This document shows, in pieces, positions 18,623 to 28,855 of a stretch of DNA of 28,966 bases. Below the pieces are notes generated by a model, which saw nothing but the letters and a program-made list of their open reading frames with translations, ran no database searches and was not told the DNA's origin. A program made the position numbers and the translations under genes. Source of the DNA: an uncultured Thermus sp. (lineage in GTDB: Bacteria; Deinococcota; Deinococci; Deinococcales; Thermaceae); NCBI GenBank assembly GCA_947085095.1, contig CAMTVD010000032.1, forward strand, positions 1 to 28,966. Direction: 5' to 3'. The stretch's first letter is position 1. Each line of letters starts with the position of its first letter.

Positions 18623-20356
18623 CTAGCGGGGGATGGGGTAGCCCTGGGCCTCGAGGACCGCCTCGGCCACCTTCCGCCTCAGGGCCACCAGGTCCACGGG
18701 CTCGTGCTTGGTGAGCCTGCGGGCGGCCGAGTAGACCACCCGGGCCTCGTCCCCCTCCACCAGCCGGGGCAGAACGGCAAGGGCCCTCATCTGGGCCCGG
18801 TCCAGGGCCTGCACCAGGTAGACCCGGGCCATGGCCTGGGCCAGCTCCCCAAGCCGCCTGGCCCTCAGGAGGGCGCTTTCGGCGGCGTAGGCATCTATCA
18901 GGATGTCCGCGGCCGCCCCCAGGACCTCCTGCTCCTCCTCCACCTTCTGGCCGTACTTCTGGGCCGCCAGGCCCGCCACCATCAGGAAGAGCTTCTTGAG
19001 CCCGGCGATCTGATGGAGCTCCAGGTCCTCGGGCTCCTCAAAGCTGGGCTCCAGGAGCTCCTTCTGGAGCTTCATGGCCGCCTGGAAGAGGGGAAGCTGC
19101 CCTTTCAGGGCCCGCCTCAGGAGCATCCCGGGGATGAGGAGGCGGTTGATCTCGTTGGTCCCCTCAAAGATGCGGTTGATGCGGGCGTCCCGGTAGGCCC
19201 TCTCAATGGGGTACTCCTGGGAGTAGCCGTAGCCGCCGTGGATCTGCACCCCCTCGTCCACCACGTAGTCCAGGACCTCGGAGCCCAGGACCTTGATGAT
19301 GCTGGCCTCCACCGCGTACTCCTCAATGCCCGCCATCACCGCCTCGGCGCCCTCCTTGCCCAAAAGGGCCTCGTCAATGAGGCCCACGGTGCGGTAGACG
19401 GCGCTCTCGGCGGCGAAGATGCGGCTCGCCATCTCCCCCAGCTTCTCCTGGATGAGGCCGAAGCGGCCGATGGGGCGGCCGAACTGCACCCGCTGGTTAG
19501 CGTACTGGGCGGAAAGCTCCAGGGCCCGCTTGGCCCCGCCCACGGCCCCCGCCCCCAGCTTGTAGCGGCCCACGTTGAGGACGTTGAAGGCGATCTTGTG
19601 CCCCTTGCCGATCTCGCCCAGGACGTTCTCCACCGGCACCTTGGCGTCCTCCAGGATCACCTGGCGGGTGCTGGAGGCCTTGATCCCCATCTTCTTCTCC
19701 TCGGGGCCGAAGGAGAGGCCGGGGGTGTCCCGCTCCACCAAAAAGGCGGTGAAGTGCTCCCCGTCCACCTTGGCGAAGACGGTGAAGAGCTGGGCGAAGC
19801 CGGCGTTGGAGATCCACTGCTTCACCCCGTTCAGGATGTAGTGCTTCCCGTCTTCCGAAAGGGTGGCCCGGGTCTTGGCGGCTAGGGCGTCCGAGCCCGA
19901 GCCGGGCTCCGTGAGGCAGTAGGCGGCGATCCACTCCCCGCTGGCGAGCTTAGGGAGGTACTTCCGCTTCTGCTCCTCGGTGCCGAAGTAGACCAAAGGC
20001 AGGGTGCCGATGGAGGTGTGGGCCCCGTAGGTGACGGAAAAGCCCCCGGTTCCCGAAAGCTCCTCCGCCACCACCGTGGAGATCACCTTGGGCAGGTCCA
20101 GGCCCCCGTAGGCCTCGGGAACGTCAATGGCCAGAAGCCCCAGCTCCCCCGCCTTCCGCATCAGGGGCACGTTGAGCTCCAGCTCCCCGTGCTCCATGCG
20201 CTCCAGGAGGGGAAGCACCTCCCTTTCCACAAAGGTTCGGGTGGTGCGGGCGATCTCCTTGACGCTCTCGTCAAAGTCCTCCGGGGTGTAGACCCCTTCC
20301 GGGCTCTCCAAAAGCCAGCCGCCCCCTTTTTGCCAAAGCTTCTTCTCCTCGGTCAT
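18623..20356 (-). CDS. fadE: Acyl-CoA dehydrogenase (long-chain type, with C-terminal extension)
   Basis: [37 protein letters not shown] and [11 protein letters not shown]. Confidence 0.92.
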   Translation of the reverse strand: MTEEKKLWQKGGGWLLESPEGVYTPEDFDESVKEIARTTRTFVEREVLPLLERMEHGELELNVPLMRKAGELGLLAIDVPEAYGGLDLPKVISTVVAEELSGTGGFSVTYGAHTSIGTLPLVYFGTEEQKRKYLPKLASGEWIAAYCLTEPGSGSDALAAKTRATLSEDGKHYILNGVKQWISNAGFAQLFTVFAKVDGEHFTAFLVERDTPGLSFGPEEKKMGIKASSTRQVILEDAKVPVENVLGEIGKGHKIAFNVLNVGRYKLGAGAVGGAKRALELSAQYANQRVQFGRPIGRFGLIQEKLGEMASRIFAAESAVYRTVGLIDEALLGKEGAEAVMAGIEEYAVEASIIKVLGSEVLDYVVDEGVQIHGGYGYSQEYPIERAYRDARINRIFEGTNEINRLLIPGMLLRRALKGQLPLFQAAMKLQKELLEPSFEEPEDLELHQIAGLKKLFLMVAGLAAQKYGQKVEEEQEVLGAAADILIDAYAAESALLRARRLGELAQAMARVYLVQALDRAQMRALAVLPRLVEGDEARVVYSAARRLTKHEPVDLVALRRKVAEAVLEAQGYPIPR

Positions 20357-20367
20357 GGCTTCCCCCT

Positions 20368-21561
20368 TTACGCCGGATACACCTCAAAGACCCCGGCGGC
20401 CCCCATGCCGCCGCCGATGCACATGGTGACCAGGCCGTACCCCCCGCCCCGCCGGGAAAGCTCGCTGATGAGCTGGGCGGTGAGCTTGGCCCCCGTGGCC
20501 CCCAGGGGGTGGCCCAGGGCGATGGCCCCGCCGTTGACGTTGGTCTTCTCCTCGGGAAGGCCAAGAGCCCGCATCACCGCCAGGACCTGGGCGGCGAAGG
20601 CCTCGTTGAACTCAATGAGGTCTATCTGGTCCAACTTGAGCCCCGCCCGCTCCAAGGCCTTGGGCACCGCCTTCACCGGGCCGATGCCCATGACATCGGG
20701 CTCCACCCCGGCCACGGCGAAGCTGATAAAGCGGGCGAGGGGCTTCAGGCCCAGGGCCTCCGCCTTCTCCCGGCTCATGACAATGGCAGCCGCCGCCCCG
20801 TCGGAGTAGGGGCTGGCGTTCCCCGCCGTCACCGTCCCCCCCTTCTTGAAGGCGGGGCGGAGCTTGGCGAGGGCCTCGAGGCTGGTCTCGGGCCGCACGG
20901 TCTCGTCCCGCTCAAAGAGGACCTCCTCCACCTTCTTCTTGGTGCCCTGGTAGATGACCTTGGGGACCCGGATGGGCACCACCTCGGAAAAGCGCCCCTC
21001 GGCCCAGGCCTGGGCCGCCTTCTGGTGGCTCCTCAAGGCCCAGCGGTCCTGGTCCTCCCGGCTGATGCCAAACCGCTCCGCCACCCTCTCGGCGGTGAAG
21101 CCCATGCCGATGTAGGTGGAGTAGGCCTCCGGGCTCCACTCCGTGGGGGTGAGGTCGGGGTGGAGGCGGGTGTGGTAGCCCGACATGGGCACCTGGCTCA
21201 TCATCTCCACCCCCCCCGCCAAAACCGCGTCCGCCATCCCGGTCATCACCGCCTGGGCGGCCATGGCAATGGTCTGAAGGCCGCTGGAGCAGAAGCGGTT
21301 GATGGTGGCCCCCGCTACCTCCACGGGTAAACCGGCCCGAAGCAGGGCCAGCCGGGCGATGTTCAGCCCCTGGGCCGCCTCGGGCATGGCGCACCCCCAG
21401 AGGACGTCCTCGAGCTCTTTAGGGTCCAGGCCCACCCGCTCCACCGCAGCCCGCATCACCTGGGCGGAGAGGTCCACCGGGTGAAGGGTGGCCAAGGCCC
21501 CGTCCTTCTTGCCCCGGGCCACGGGGCTCCGTACTGCGCTCACGATGACCGCTTCCCGCAT
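20368..21561 (-). CDS. fadA: Acetyl-CoA C-acyltransferase (3-ketoacyl-CoA thiolase)
   Basis: INRFCSSG catalytic Cys, [19 protein letters not shown] and MCIGGGMG. Confidence 0.95.
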   Translation of the reverse strand: MREAVIVSAVRSPVARGKKDGALATLHPVDLSAQVMRAAVERVGLDPKELEDVLWGCAMPEAAQGLNIARLALLRAGLPVEVAGATINRFCSSGLQTIAMAAQAVMTGMADAVLAGGVEMMSQVPMSGYHTRLHPDLTPTEWSPEAYSTYIGMGFTAERVAERFGISREDQDRWALRSHQKAAQAWAEGRFSEVVPIRVPKVIYQGTKKKVEEVLFERDETVRPETSLEALAKLRPAFKKGGTVTAGNASPYSDGAAAAIVMSREKAEALGLKPLARFISFAVAGVEPDVMGIGPVKAVPKALERAGLKLDQIDLIEFNEAFAAQVLAVMRALGLPEEKTNVNGGAIALGHPLGATGAKLTAQLISELSRRGGGYGLVTMCIGGGMGAAGVFEVYPA

Positions 21562-21573
21562 CTTCTCCCCCTT

Positions 21574-23865
21574 TTAGTTCCTCAAGGGCTTCCCCGTCTT
21601 CAAGGTGTAGGCGATGCGCTCCTGGGTCTTCCGGGTGCCGAGGAGCTTCAAGAAAGCCTCCCGCTCCAGGTCCAGAAGGTCCCACTCGGAAACCTCCCGC
21701 GCCGGGCCCTCCCCCCCGGAAAGCACGTAGGCGATCTCCAGGCCGATTTTCATGTCGTGGTCGGTGATCTCCCCCGCCTCGCGGAAGGCCCAGACGGCGT
21801 AGCGCAGGTTGCCCAAGGCCTCGCTCCCCAGGACCCGGATCCTGGGGGGAAGGGGCGGGCGGTAGTCGGGGGCCAGCTCCAGGACCCGCCTTTTGGCGTC
21901 GGCGATCAGGAAGTCCCGGTTCATGGAGATGCCATCCCGATCCCTAAGGAAGCCCATCTTCCTGGCCTCGAGGGCGCTCGTGGAGGTCCTGGCCATGGCG
22001 ATCAGGTTGAAGGCCCGCTTCACCCCCTCAAAGGGGTCCGCCTCCTCGTAGGGAGCAAGCTCCCGGGTGAAGCGGAGGAGCATCTCCTTGGTGCCGCCCC
22101 CGGCGGGCAGGAGGCCCACCCCGGCCTCCACCAGGCCCATGTAGAGCTCGGCGTGGGCCTGGACCAGATCGGCGTGCAGGGTGAACTCCGCCCCACCCCC
22201 CAGGGTCAGGCCGAAGGGGGCCACCACCACGGGGAAGGGGCTGTAGCGCAAGGACATGGAGGCCTTCTGGAACTGGCGCACCGCCAGGGAGAGCTCGTCC
22301 CAGTCCCCCTCCTGAGCCCCGGAGAGGATGAGGGCCAGGTTGGCCCCGGCGGAGAAGGCCCTGGGGTCCTCGTTGCCGATCACCAGGCCCACATAGCCCT
22401 TCTCCTCTATGTACTCCAGGCTCTTCTGGAGCATGCGGATCACGCCCTCCCCGATGGCGTTCATCTTGGTGCGGAACTCCAGGAGGGCCACCCCGTCCCC
22501 CAGGTCCAGAAGGGCCGCCTCCTTGCTCTCCAGGAGGGTCTTCCCCTCGGACTTCAGGGCCTTGAGGGAGATGACCCCTTCCCGTTTGGGCAGGGGGTGG
22601 TAGGCCCCGTCAAACCCCAGGAAGGTGCCGTCCTTGTAGAAGGCCCCATCCGCCTTCTCCAAGAGCTCGGGGGTGGAGAGGCCGTGCCCGCTAAGGAGCT
22701 CCTTGACCCGGGCAAGGCCCACGGCGTCCATGTTCTTGTAGGGGCCCATCTCCCAGCCGAAGCCCCACTCCAGGGCCTGGTCCACGGCGACCAGGTCGTA
22801 GGCGATCTCCGGGGTCTTCTCCAGGGTGTAGTGGGCGGTCTTGGCGAAAAGCTCCCTGAGGAAGGCCCCGTACTTGCCGGGAAGCTCCAGGACCTTGGGC
22901 AGGCGCTCAGCAAGGGGAAGGTCCCTGAGAGCCCTAAGCTCCGGCAGGTCCAGCTTGGCCCGGGGCACGTAGTCCAGGGTCCTGGGGTCCAGGGTGAGGA
23001 TCTCCCCGTTCACCCGCTTGTAGAACCCCGCCCCCGTCTTCTCCCCCAAGCGCCCCTCCTCCACCAGGCGGAGGACCCAGCCGGGCAGGGCGAAGTCCTC
23101 CCCGGTGGCGTGGGAAAGCTCCTCCGTCACCAGCTTCAGCACGTCCAGGCCCGTGAGGTCGGCGGTGCGGAAGGTGGCGGAGTTGGGGCGGCCCAGGAGG
23201 GGCCCGGTGAGGGCGTCCACCTCGTCAATGGTGAGGCCGTGCTTCTCCATGAGGCGGACCGCCTGGACCATGCCGTAGACCCCCAGGCGGTTGGCGATGA
23301 AGCCCGGGGAGTCCTTGGCGAGAACGGTCCCCTTGCCCAGGATGCGCTCGCCGAAGCGGCGGATCTCCTCCAGGACCTTGGGATCGGTCTCGGGGGTGGG
23401 GATGAGCTCCAGGAGGTGGAGGTAGCGGGGCGGGTTGAAGAAGTGGGTCCCCAGGAAGCGCTTGCGGAAGGCCTCGGAGCGCCCCTCCAGGAGGATCCTC
23501 ATGGGGATGCCGCTGGTGTTGGAGCTGACGATGGCCGTGGGCTTGAGGATGGCCTCGAGGCGCTCGTAAAGGGCCCGCTTGGGCTCGGGCTTCTCGATGA
23601 TGGCCTCCACCACCCAGTCGCAGTCCGCCAGCTTCCCCAGGTCGTCCTCAGTGTTGCCGATTTCCACATAGCGGGCCAGATCGGGGTCCATGAAGGCTGC
23701 GGGCTTGGCCTTTAGGGCCCGCTCTAGCCCCTTCTTGGCGTACTCGTTCCGGTCTTCCTTTCCCGGGATATCCAGAAGGACCACCGGGACCCCGGCGCTG
23801 ACCAAGAGGGCCGCGATCCCGCTCCCCATGGTCCCCGCGCCCACCACGCCTACCTTCTTGATCAT
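21574..23865 (-). CDS. fadB: 3-hydroxyacyl-CoA dehydrogenase / enoyl-CoA hydratase (FadN-type architecture)
   Basis: GAGTMG Rossmann motif, SNTSG, HFFNPP, GFIANR and a C-terminal crotonase domain (FSAGANL, GGGAE, GLVE). AAGGAGG RBS before ATG 23865. Confidence 0.92.
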   Translation of the reverse strand: MIKKVGVVGAGTMGSGIAALLVSAGVPVVLLDIPGKEDRNEYAKKGLERALKAKPAAFMDPDLARYVEIGNTEDDLGKLADCDWVVEAIIEKPEPKRALYERLEAILKPTAIVSSNTSGIPMRILLEGRSEAFRKRFLGTHFFNPPRYLHLLELIPTPETDPKVLEEIRRFGERILGKGTVLAKDSPGFIANRLGVYGMVQAVRLMEKHGLTIDEVDALTGPLLGRPNSATFRTADLTGLDVLKLVTEELSHATGEDFALPGWVLRLVEEGRLGEKTGAGFYKRVNGEILTLDPRTLDYVPRAKLDLPELRALRDLPLAERLPKVLELPGKYGAFLRELFAKTAHYTLEKTPEIAYDLVAVDQALEWGFGWEMGPYKNMDAVGLARVKELLSGHGLSTPELLEKADGAFYKDGTFLGFDGAYHPLPKREGVISLKALKSEGKTLLESKEAALLDLGDGVALLEFRTKMNAIGEGVIRMLQKSLEYIEEKGYVGLVIGNEDPRAFSAGANLALILSGAQEGDWDELSLAVRQFQKASMSLRYSPFPVVVAPFGLTLGGGAEFTLHADLVQAHAELYMGLVEAGVGLLPAGGGTKEMLLRFTRELAPYEEADPFEGVKRAFNLIAMARTSTSALEARKMGFLRDRDGISMNRDFLIADAKRRVLELAPDYRPPLPPRIRVLGSEALGNLRYAVWAFREAGEITDHDMKIGLEIAYVLSGGEGPAREVSEWDLLDLEREAFLKLLGTRKTQERIAYTLKTGKPLRN

Positions 23866-23876
23866 GGCCAACCTCC

Positions 23877-23891
23877 TTATACTGAGTCAAA
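23877..23891. promoter_or_regulatory. FadR (TetR-family) operator-like site TTATACTGAGTCAAA
   Basis: One mismatch to the Thermus FadR consensus as I recall it (TTRNACYNRGTNYAA). It lies between the -10 and the RBS of the beta-oxidation operon. Confidence 0.65.
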
Positions 23892-23919
23892 GTTTACCTC
23901 CTCTCCCCGCCTCTGTCAA
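23891..23919 (-). promoter_or_regulatory. Sigma-A promoter of fadB-fadA-fadE (TTGACA-17-TAAACT)
   Basis: Plus-strand TGTCAA at 23914-23919 and AGTTTA at 23891-23896, with an exact 17-nt spacer. Confidence 0.85.
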
Positions 23920-23927
23920 AGGGCCCC

Positions 23928-23957
23928 TTGACAAAGAGCGACAACCCCACGTAGGCT
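23928..23957 (+). promoter_or_regulatory. Sigma-A promoter of the barrel-lipoprotein pair (TTGACA-18-TAGGCT)
   Basis: TTGACA at 23928-23933, TAGGCT at 23952-23957, ATG at 23967. Confidence 0.7.
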
Positions 23958-23966
23958 GCATCCGCT

Positions 23967-25310
23967 ATGAAGAAAACCCTTTGCTTTATCGTGGCCGGGC
24001 TCTTGAGCCTGGGTTTGGCGCAAGGGGTACGGAGCCTGGGTATGGGGGGCGTGGCCTTGCCTGGACCCGCCCACACGGGGACGAACCCCGCCTACGCCGC
24101 CTTCCCGGACACCTGGGGTAAGGAAGGAGTCCAGGTCCCCATCGGTCTCCTGCGCCTTCTCCCCCTCTTCCCCGAGACCAGCCCCTTGGCCTACCTTACC
24201 GACCCCCAGGCCTTCAGGAACAGCTTTGACCTCCTTAGCTTTTACGACCAGATAACCCATGCGCACAGCTTCCTCCTCAACCCCGCCCGTAGCCCCGACG
24301 AGGTGGTCTTCCGGGTGAGCGCCAACGGCCTCAGCATCACCGACGGCTCAGGACGGAACCTCATCCCCTCTTTCCAGACCGGGGCCTCTCCGGAGAAACC
24401 CCAGGCCCTCATCCCCGCTCCGATTCTCGGCATCGCCCTGGACCTGGGCCCCGGGACCTATCTGTCCCTCGGCCCCTTTGCTGGGACGCAAGGGGTGCGG
24501 CTTTCCCCCAGCCGGGAGCTGGCCCAGGCCCTGGCCGGGGGAAGCCTGGACGTGTGCAAGAACCAGAACCCATCCCCTTGCCTCCTAGAAGGCTCCGGTA
24601 CCTTCAGCGCCGGGCTGAGCCTGGCCCTGGGCTTCGCCACACCCCTGATGGAGGTGCCCGGGCTGGGGAAGGTTTACGTGGGGATCAGGGGCGAGGGGTT
24701 TTACGGCCTGGGCTACGCCGAGGGAAGGGCCCTGGCCCGGCCCACCTTTGACCAAGATGGCAACGTGAGCGGGGTGAGCTACGAGTACCGCTATTTCGTA
24801 AGCTATCCCGACTACCTGGAGGGGAGCTTCGGCCTGGGGGCCGGGGGTCTGGGCTACGGCCTCCGAGGGGATGTGGGGGTAGCCGTGCACGGGGGCGGGT
24901 GGGCCCTTGGCCTTGGGGTGCGCAACCTCCTGGGCTTTGCCCAGTGGAGCGGGCTAGAGATCCACGTGCGAGAGGATGGGACCGAGACCCGCACCCCCAC
25001 CAGCAAGCGAAGCGACCTCTCCGCCCCTGAGTTTTTCTTGAACGGGGTCTACCGCTTTGAGGAAAGCGGCCTTCTGGCAGCTGCGGATGCCCGCTTTGGG
25101 AACGTGGCGCCCACCTTCCACCTGGGGTTGGAGTACCCCTTAGGCCCCCTGGCCCTGAGGACGGGGATCGGCTACGAGGGGGGCCTCCGCTTCGGCGTGG
25201 GCATGGGATTGAACTTGGAAGCCTTGGCCCTGGACCTGGCCCTCACCACCCACGAGGCCCCCTTGGTGGGGGGTACGGTATACGGCATTGCCCTGGCGGT
25301 GAGCTTCTAG
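23967..25310 (+). CDS. Putative outer-membrane beta-barrel, FadL/TodX/PorV/TraF-like superfamily
   Basis: Signal peptide (MKKTLCFIVAGLLSLGLA|Q), mature N-terminus GVRSLGMGG...NPA, many alternating amphipathic strands and the C-terminal beta-signal YGIALAVSF. Confidence 0.65.
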   Translation: MKKTLCFIVAGLLSLGLAQGVRSLGMGGVALPGPAHTGTNPAYAAFPDTWGKEGVQVPIGLLRLLPLFPETSPLAYLTDPQAFRNSFDLLSFYDQITHAHSFLLNPARSPDEVVFRVSANGLSITDGSGRNLIPSFQTGASPEKPQALIPAPILGIALDLGPGTYLSLGPFAGTQGVRLSPSRELAQALAGGSLDVCKNQNPSPCLLEGSGTFSAGLSLALGFATPLMEVPGLGKVYVGIRGEGFYGLGYAEGRALARPTFDQDGNVSGVSYEYRYFVSYPDYLEGSFGLGAGGLGYGLRGDVGVAVHGGGWALGLGVRNLLGFAQWSGLEIHVREDGTETRTPTSKRSDLSAPEFFLNGVYRFEESGLLAAADARFGNVAPTFHLGLEYPLGPLALRTGIGYEGGLRFGVGMGLNLEALALDLALTTHEAPLVGGTVYGIALAVSF

Positions 25311-25320
25311 GAGGTTGAGG

Positions 25321-25866
25321 ATGAAACGCGCCCTTCTCCTGACAAGCCTGTTCTTGGCTCTGGCCGCCTGCAGCGGCCACACGGTGCACCGCCTCGAGGT
25401 GGACCTCCTGAGCTTCGTTCCCCCCGAGAACCGCACGGGCACCCTGGACATAACCCAGGCGGAAATCCGGGTGCCCGATGATCCAGGGGGCCAGGAAGTC
25501 TCCGTGCCCGGGGCGGAAGCCCTGGTGGACGGGCGAATCTCTCTCCGGGTTGACTTGGAAAACACGGGAACGCTTCCCGCCAGGGTTGACCTCGAGGTGC
25601 GCATGGGCCCTAAGGAGGACACGGACCTGTACGACGGGAACGGGGACATCCAGGTCAAGAAGGAATCCCTTACCTTAAGCCTGGGCGAAACAGGCACCCT
25701 GGACCTCAGCGTGAACCTGCAACCAGGCGATCCCGCCTACCAGCTGGTCAAGAGCGGGAGCTTCCGCATTGGGGCCAGGCTCAGCCTCTCCGGCGACAGG
25801 GTGCGGTACACCCTGGCCCAGGCCGAGGTAGTCCTGCGCCTCAAGCTCTTCAACCTGATCCCCTAG
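25321..25866 (+). CDS. Lipoprotein of unknown function (beta-rich)
   Basis: [17 protein letters not shown] lipobox (Cys17). GGAGG RBS overlaps the upstream stop; 181 aa. Confidence 0.8.
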   Translation: MKRALLLTSLFLALAACSGHTVHRLEVDLLSFVPPENRTGTLDITQAEIRVPDDPGGQEVSVPGAEALVDGRISLRVDLENTGTLPARVDLEVRMGPKEDTDLYDGNGDIQVKKESLTLSLGETGTLDLSVNLQPGDPAYQLVKSGSFRIGARLSLSGDRVRYTLAQAEVVLRLKLFNLIP

Positions 25867-28799
25867 CGGTCGGCGAAGAGGTAAAGGATCTGCATGAGGG
25901 CCTCGGGGTAGTCCCGGGGCCTCAGGCCCTTTTTGGCCAGGCGGAAGCCCGGGGGGTACTGGGTGATCTCCACGCGGTGGGGTAGGGCCTTGAGGGCCCT
26001 GGCGTCGTAGTCCAGGGGAAAGCGGGGGAAGACGGCCTGGAGATGGGTGAGGTCCTCGGTGAGGGAGAGCACCCCCTTCCTCTCCGCCACCAGGCGGAGC
26101 CTGGTCAGGTTCACGAAGTTCTCCGCCTCCTCGGGGAGGGGGCCGTAGCGCTCCTTGAGTTCCCGCACCAGGCGGGAGACCTCGGCCAGGGTCCTGGCCT
26201 CGGCGAAGCGGCTGTAGTAGCGGCTCCTGGCCTCGAGGCTCCCCACGTACTCCGCGGGGAGGCGGGCGGAGAGGGCCAGGTCCAGGGTCACGTGGGGCCT
26301 CTCCTCCACCCTCTCCCCCTTGAGCTTCCTCAAGGCCTCCTCCAGAAGCTCGGTGTAGACCTCGAGGGAAAGGGCCCGGATGTGGCCGTGTTGCTCGGGG
26401 CCCAGGAGGTTCCCCACGCCCCTGATCTCCATGTCCCTCTCCGCCAGCAGGTGGCCGCTTCCCAGGTCGGAAAGGTCGGCGATGGCGTGGAGGCGCTTTT
26501 CCGCCGCCTCGGTGAGCCGGGGGGGATGGAAGAGGTAGGCGTAGGCCTCCTGGTCCCGCCGCCCCACCCGTCCCCGGAGCTGGTACAAGGTGGCCAGGCC
26601 CAGGCGATCCGCCCGCTCAATGAGGATGGTATTGGCCTCGGGCACGTCCAGCCCCGCCTCAATGATGGTGGTGGCGAGGAGGAGGTCATAGGCCCCCTCG
26701 GCGAAGAGGAGCATGGTCTCCTCAATAAGGCCCTCGGGCATCTGGCCGTGGACCACCCCGATCCGGGCCTCGGGGACCAGGTTCTCCAGGTAGCGCCGCC
26801 TGGCCTCAATGGAGGCCACCCGGTCGTGGACGTAAAAGGCCTTGCCGCCCCGCTCCAGCTCATTTAGGATGGCCTCCCGCACCAGCAGGGGGTCAAAGGG
26901 GGCGAGGAAGGTCCTGATGGGCTTCCTGCCCGGGGGCGGGGTCTTGATGCTGGAGAGGTCCTTGAGGCCCACGAGAGCGGAGTAGAGGGTGCGGGGGATG
27001 GGAGTGGCGGAGAGGTAGAGGGTGTCCACGTTCTCCTTGAGCTCGCGGATCCGCTCCTTCTGGGCCACCCCGAAGCGGTGCTCCTCGTCCACGATGAGGA
27101 GGCCCAGGTCCTTAAAGGCCACATCGGGCTGGAGGAGGCGGTGGGTGCCGATGACGATGTCCACCGTGCCCTCTTTCAGGCCCTCAAGGATGGCCTCCTC
27201 TTCTTTGGGCGGGGTGAAGCGGGAGAGGACTCCCACCCGCACGGGGAGGTCCTGGAAGCGCTCCCGGAAAGTCCTGCCGTGCTGCTCAGCCAGCAGGGTG
27301 GTGGGCACCAGAAAGGCCACCTGGGCCCCGTGGCCCACCACCCGGTGGGCGGCCCTCAGGGCCACCTCCGTCTTCCCAAAGCCCACGTCCCCCGAGACCA
27401 AGCGGTCCATGGGGTGGGGGCTTTCCAGGTCGCGGAGGACCTCCTCCAGGGCCTGCCTCTGGTCCGGGGTGAGCTCGTGGGGGAAGCCCGCCTCCACGAG
27501 GGGGTCCCACTCGGGCAAGGCGGGGAAGGCCCGGCCCGGGGTGGCCTTCCTCTTGGCGTGGAGGACGAGGAGCCTGGCGGCGAGCTCCTCCACGTCCTTC
27601 CTGGCCCTCTCCTTGGCCCGCTGCCACTCGCCCTTTCCCAGGGAGGAGAGCTCCGGGGGGTCGTCGGTGGTGCCGGGGTGGCGCTTGAGAAGGGGTAGCC
27701 CCTCCACGGGCAGGTAGAGCCGTCCCTCGCCCCGGTAGCGCAGGACCAGGTAGTCCCGCCTGGCCCCCAGGACCTCCCGGGTCTCCAGGCCCAGGTACTG
27801 GCCGATGCCGTGCTCGGGGTGGATGAGGTAATCCCCCGGGCTTAAGGCCCCGGGATCGGTGAGGCCCTCCCCTAGGCGCAACCTGGCCTTTACCGCCCCG
27901 GTGGCGAAGACCAGGGCCTCGGTGAGGAGGACCTCCTCCCCCCACTCCGCCCCGCCCTCAAAGGCCCCGGGCAGGAGGGAAAGCCGCCCCTTGGGCCCCG
28001 GGTAGCGGTCCAGGATCAGGGGGGAGAAGGGGGAAAGGTGCTTTTGCAAAAAATCCAGGGTACGGGCGTGGCCCACGAAGAGGTGGACCCGCTTCCCTTG
28101 GGCGAGCCAGCGGGCCAGGTCTCTTTCCAGGGCCTTGAGGCTCCCCCGGTAGGGGGGGAGGGGTTTCAGGCCCAGCTCCATGGGGGGAAGCTCCACCCCG
28201 CCCCCCAGGGCCACCACGGGCCTCCCCTCCAGGAGGGGCCAGAGCTCCTTGGGGGCCAAAGCGGGGGTGTCCAGGTAGACGGGCCCGGGGAAGTGGAGGA
28301 GCTTCTTGGAGGTGAAGCCCTCTGCCTTCCCCGGCTTGGGCAGAAGGACGTGCCGCCTCCTTTCCTCCCCTGCAACGAAGAGGCGCTCCAGCTCCTCACC
28401 GAAGAACTCCAGGCGGACCTCCCCCAGCTCCAAGACCTCTCCCAGGACCCTGTAGTCCTCGTCCCGGGCGTAGCCCATGCGCAGGAGCCGGGCGAGAAGT
28501 TCCTCCCTCGGGTAGGCCCGGCCTACCTCAAGGACGAGCCGCCAGGCCCCGGGGTCCTCGGGGAAGGGGCTTAGGGCCTCCTCGTAGCCCATGAGAAAGA
28601 GGGCCCGCTCCTCCAGGGCCTCGAGGCCCGGGTTGGGATAAAGGGCTGTGCCGAAGGCGGAAAGGTCCCGGTAGCGCTTGAGGCGCTCCTCCGGGGCCAG
28701 GAGCAGGGCCGGAGGGGTCTCCTGGGAGAAGAGAAGGGCAAAGGCCACCTGGGGGAGGGCAAGCCGGTGGCCGTAAAGCTTCTTGAACGCAACCTCCAT
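25863..28799 (-). CDS. mfd: Transcription-repair coupling factor Mfd
   Basis: CarD/RID domain ([15 protein letters not shown]), [30 protein letters not shown] and a TRCF C-terminal domain. ATG 28799 gives 978 aa. Confidence 0.96.
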   Translation of the reverse strand: MEVAFKKLYGHRLALPQVAFALLFSQETPPALLLAPEERLKRYRDLSAFGTALYPNPGLEALEERALFLMGYEEALSPFPEDPGAWRLVLEVGRAYPREELLARLLRMGYARDEDYRVLGEVLELGEVRLEFFGEELERLFVAGEERRRHVLLPKPGKAEGFTSKKLLHFPGPVYLDTPALAPKELWPLLEGRPVVALGGGVELPPMELGLKPLPPYRGSLKALERDLARWLAQGKRVHLFVGHARTLDFLQKHLSPFSPLILDRYPGPKGRLSLLPGAFEGGAEWGEEVLLTEALVFATGAVKARLRLGEGLTDPGALSPGDYLIHPEHGIGQYLGLETREVLGARRDYLVLRYRGEGRLYLPVEGLPLLKRHPGTTDDPPELSSLGKGEWQRAKERARKDVEELAARLLVLHAKRKATPGRAFPALPEWDPLVEAGFPHELTPDQRQALEEVLRDLESPHPMDRLVSGDVGFGKTEVALRAAHRVVGHGAQVAFLVPTTLLAEQHGRTFRERFQDLPVRVGVLSRFTPPKEEEAILEGLKEGTVDIVIGTHRLLQPDVAFKDLGLLIVDEEHRFGVAQKERIRELKENVDTLYLSATPIPRTLYSALVGLKDLSSIKTPPPGRKPIRTFLAPFDPLLVREAILNELERGGKAFYVHDRVASIEARRRYLENLVPEARIGVVHGQMPEGLIEETMLLFAEGAYDLLLATTIIEAGLDVPEANTILIERADRLGLATLYQLRGRVGRRDQEAYAYLFHPPRLTEAAEKRLHAIADLSDLGSGHLLAERDMEIRGVGNLLGPEQHGHIRALSLEVYTELLEEALRKLKGERVEERPHVTLDLALSARLPAEYVGSLEARSRYYSRFAEARTLAEVSRLVRELKERYGPLPEEAENFVNLTRLRLVAERKGVLSLTEDLTHLQAVFPRFPLDYDARALKALPHRVEITQYPPGFRLAKKGLRPRDYPEALMQILYLFADR

Positions 28800-28825
28800 G
28801 CTGGGGCCCAAAAGGGCTAGCGGCT

Positions 28826-28855
28826 ATTCTAAGTACCCTCCCCCAAGATTTTCAA
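28826..28855 (-). promoter_or_regulatory. Hybrid mfd promoter: IS-borne -35 TTGAAA, 18 nt, host -10 TAGAAT
   Basis: The minus strand reads TTGAAA-ATCTTGGGGGAGGGTACT-TAGAAT, ending 26 nt before the mfd ATG. Confidence 0.55.

Noticed and set aside
21481..23715. 744-aa plus-strand ORF and other long antisense ORFs (102-1250, 6227-7795, 10440-11825, 18704-19885)
   Set aside because: These are shadow frames opposite real genes in high-GC DNA, with no motifs or translation signals.
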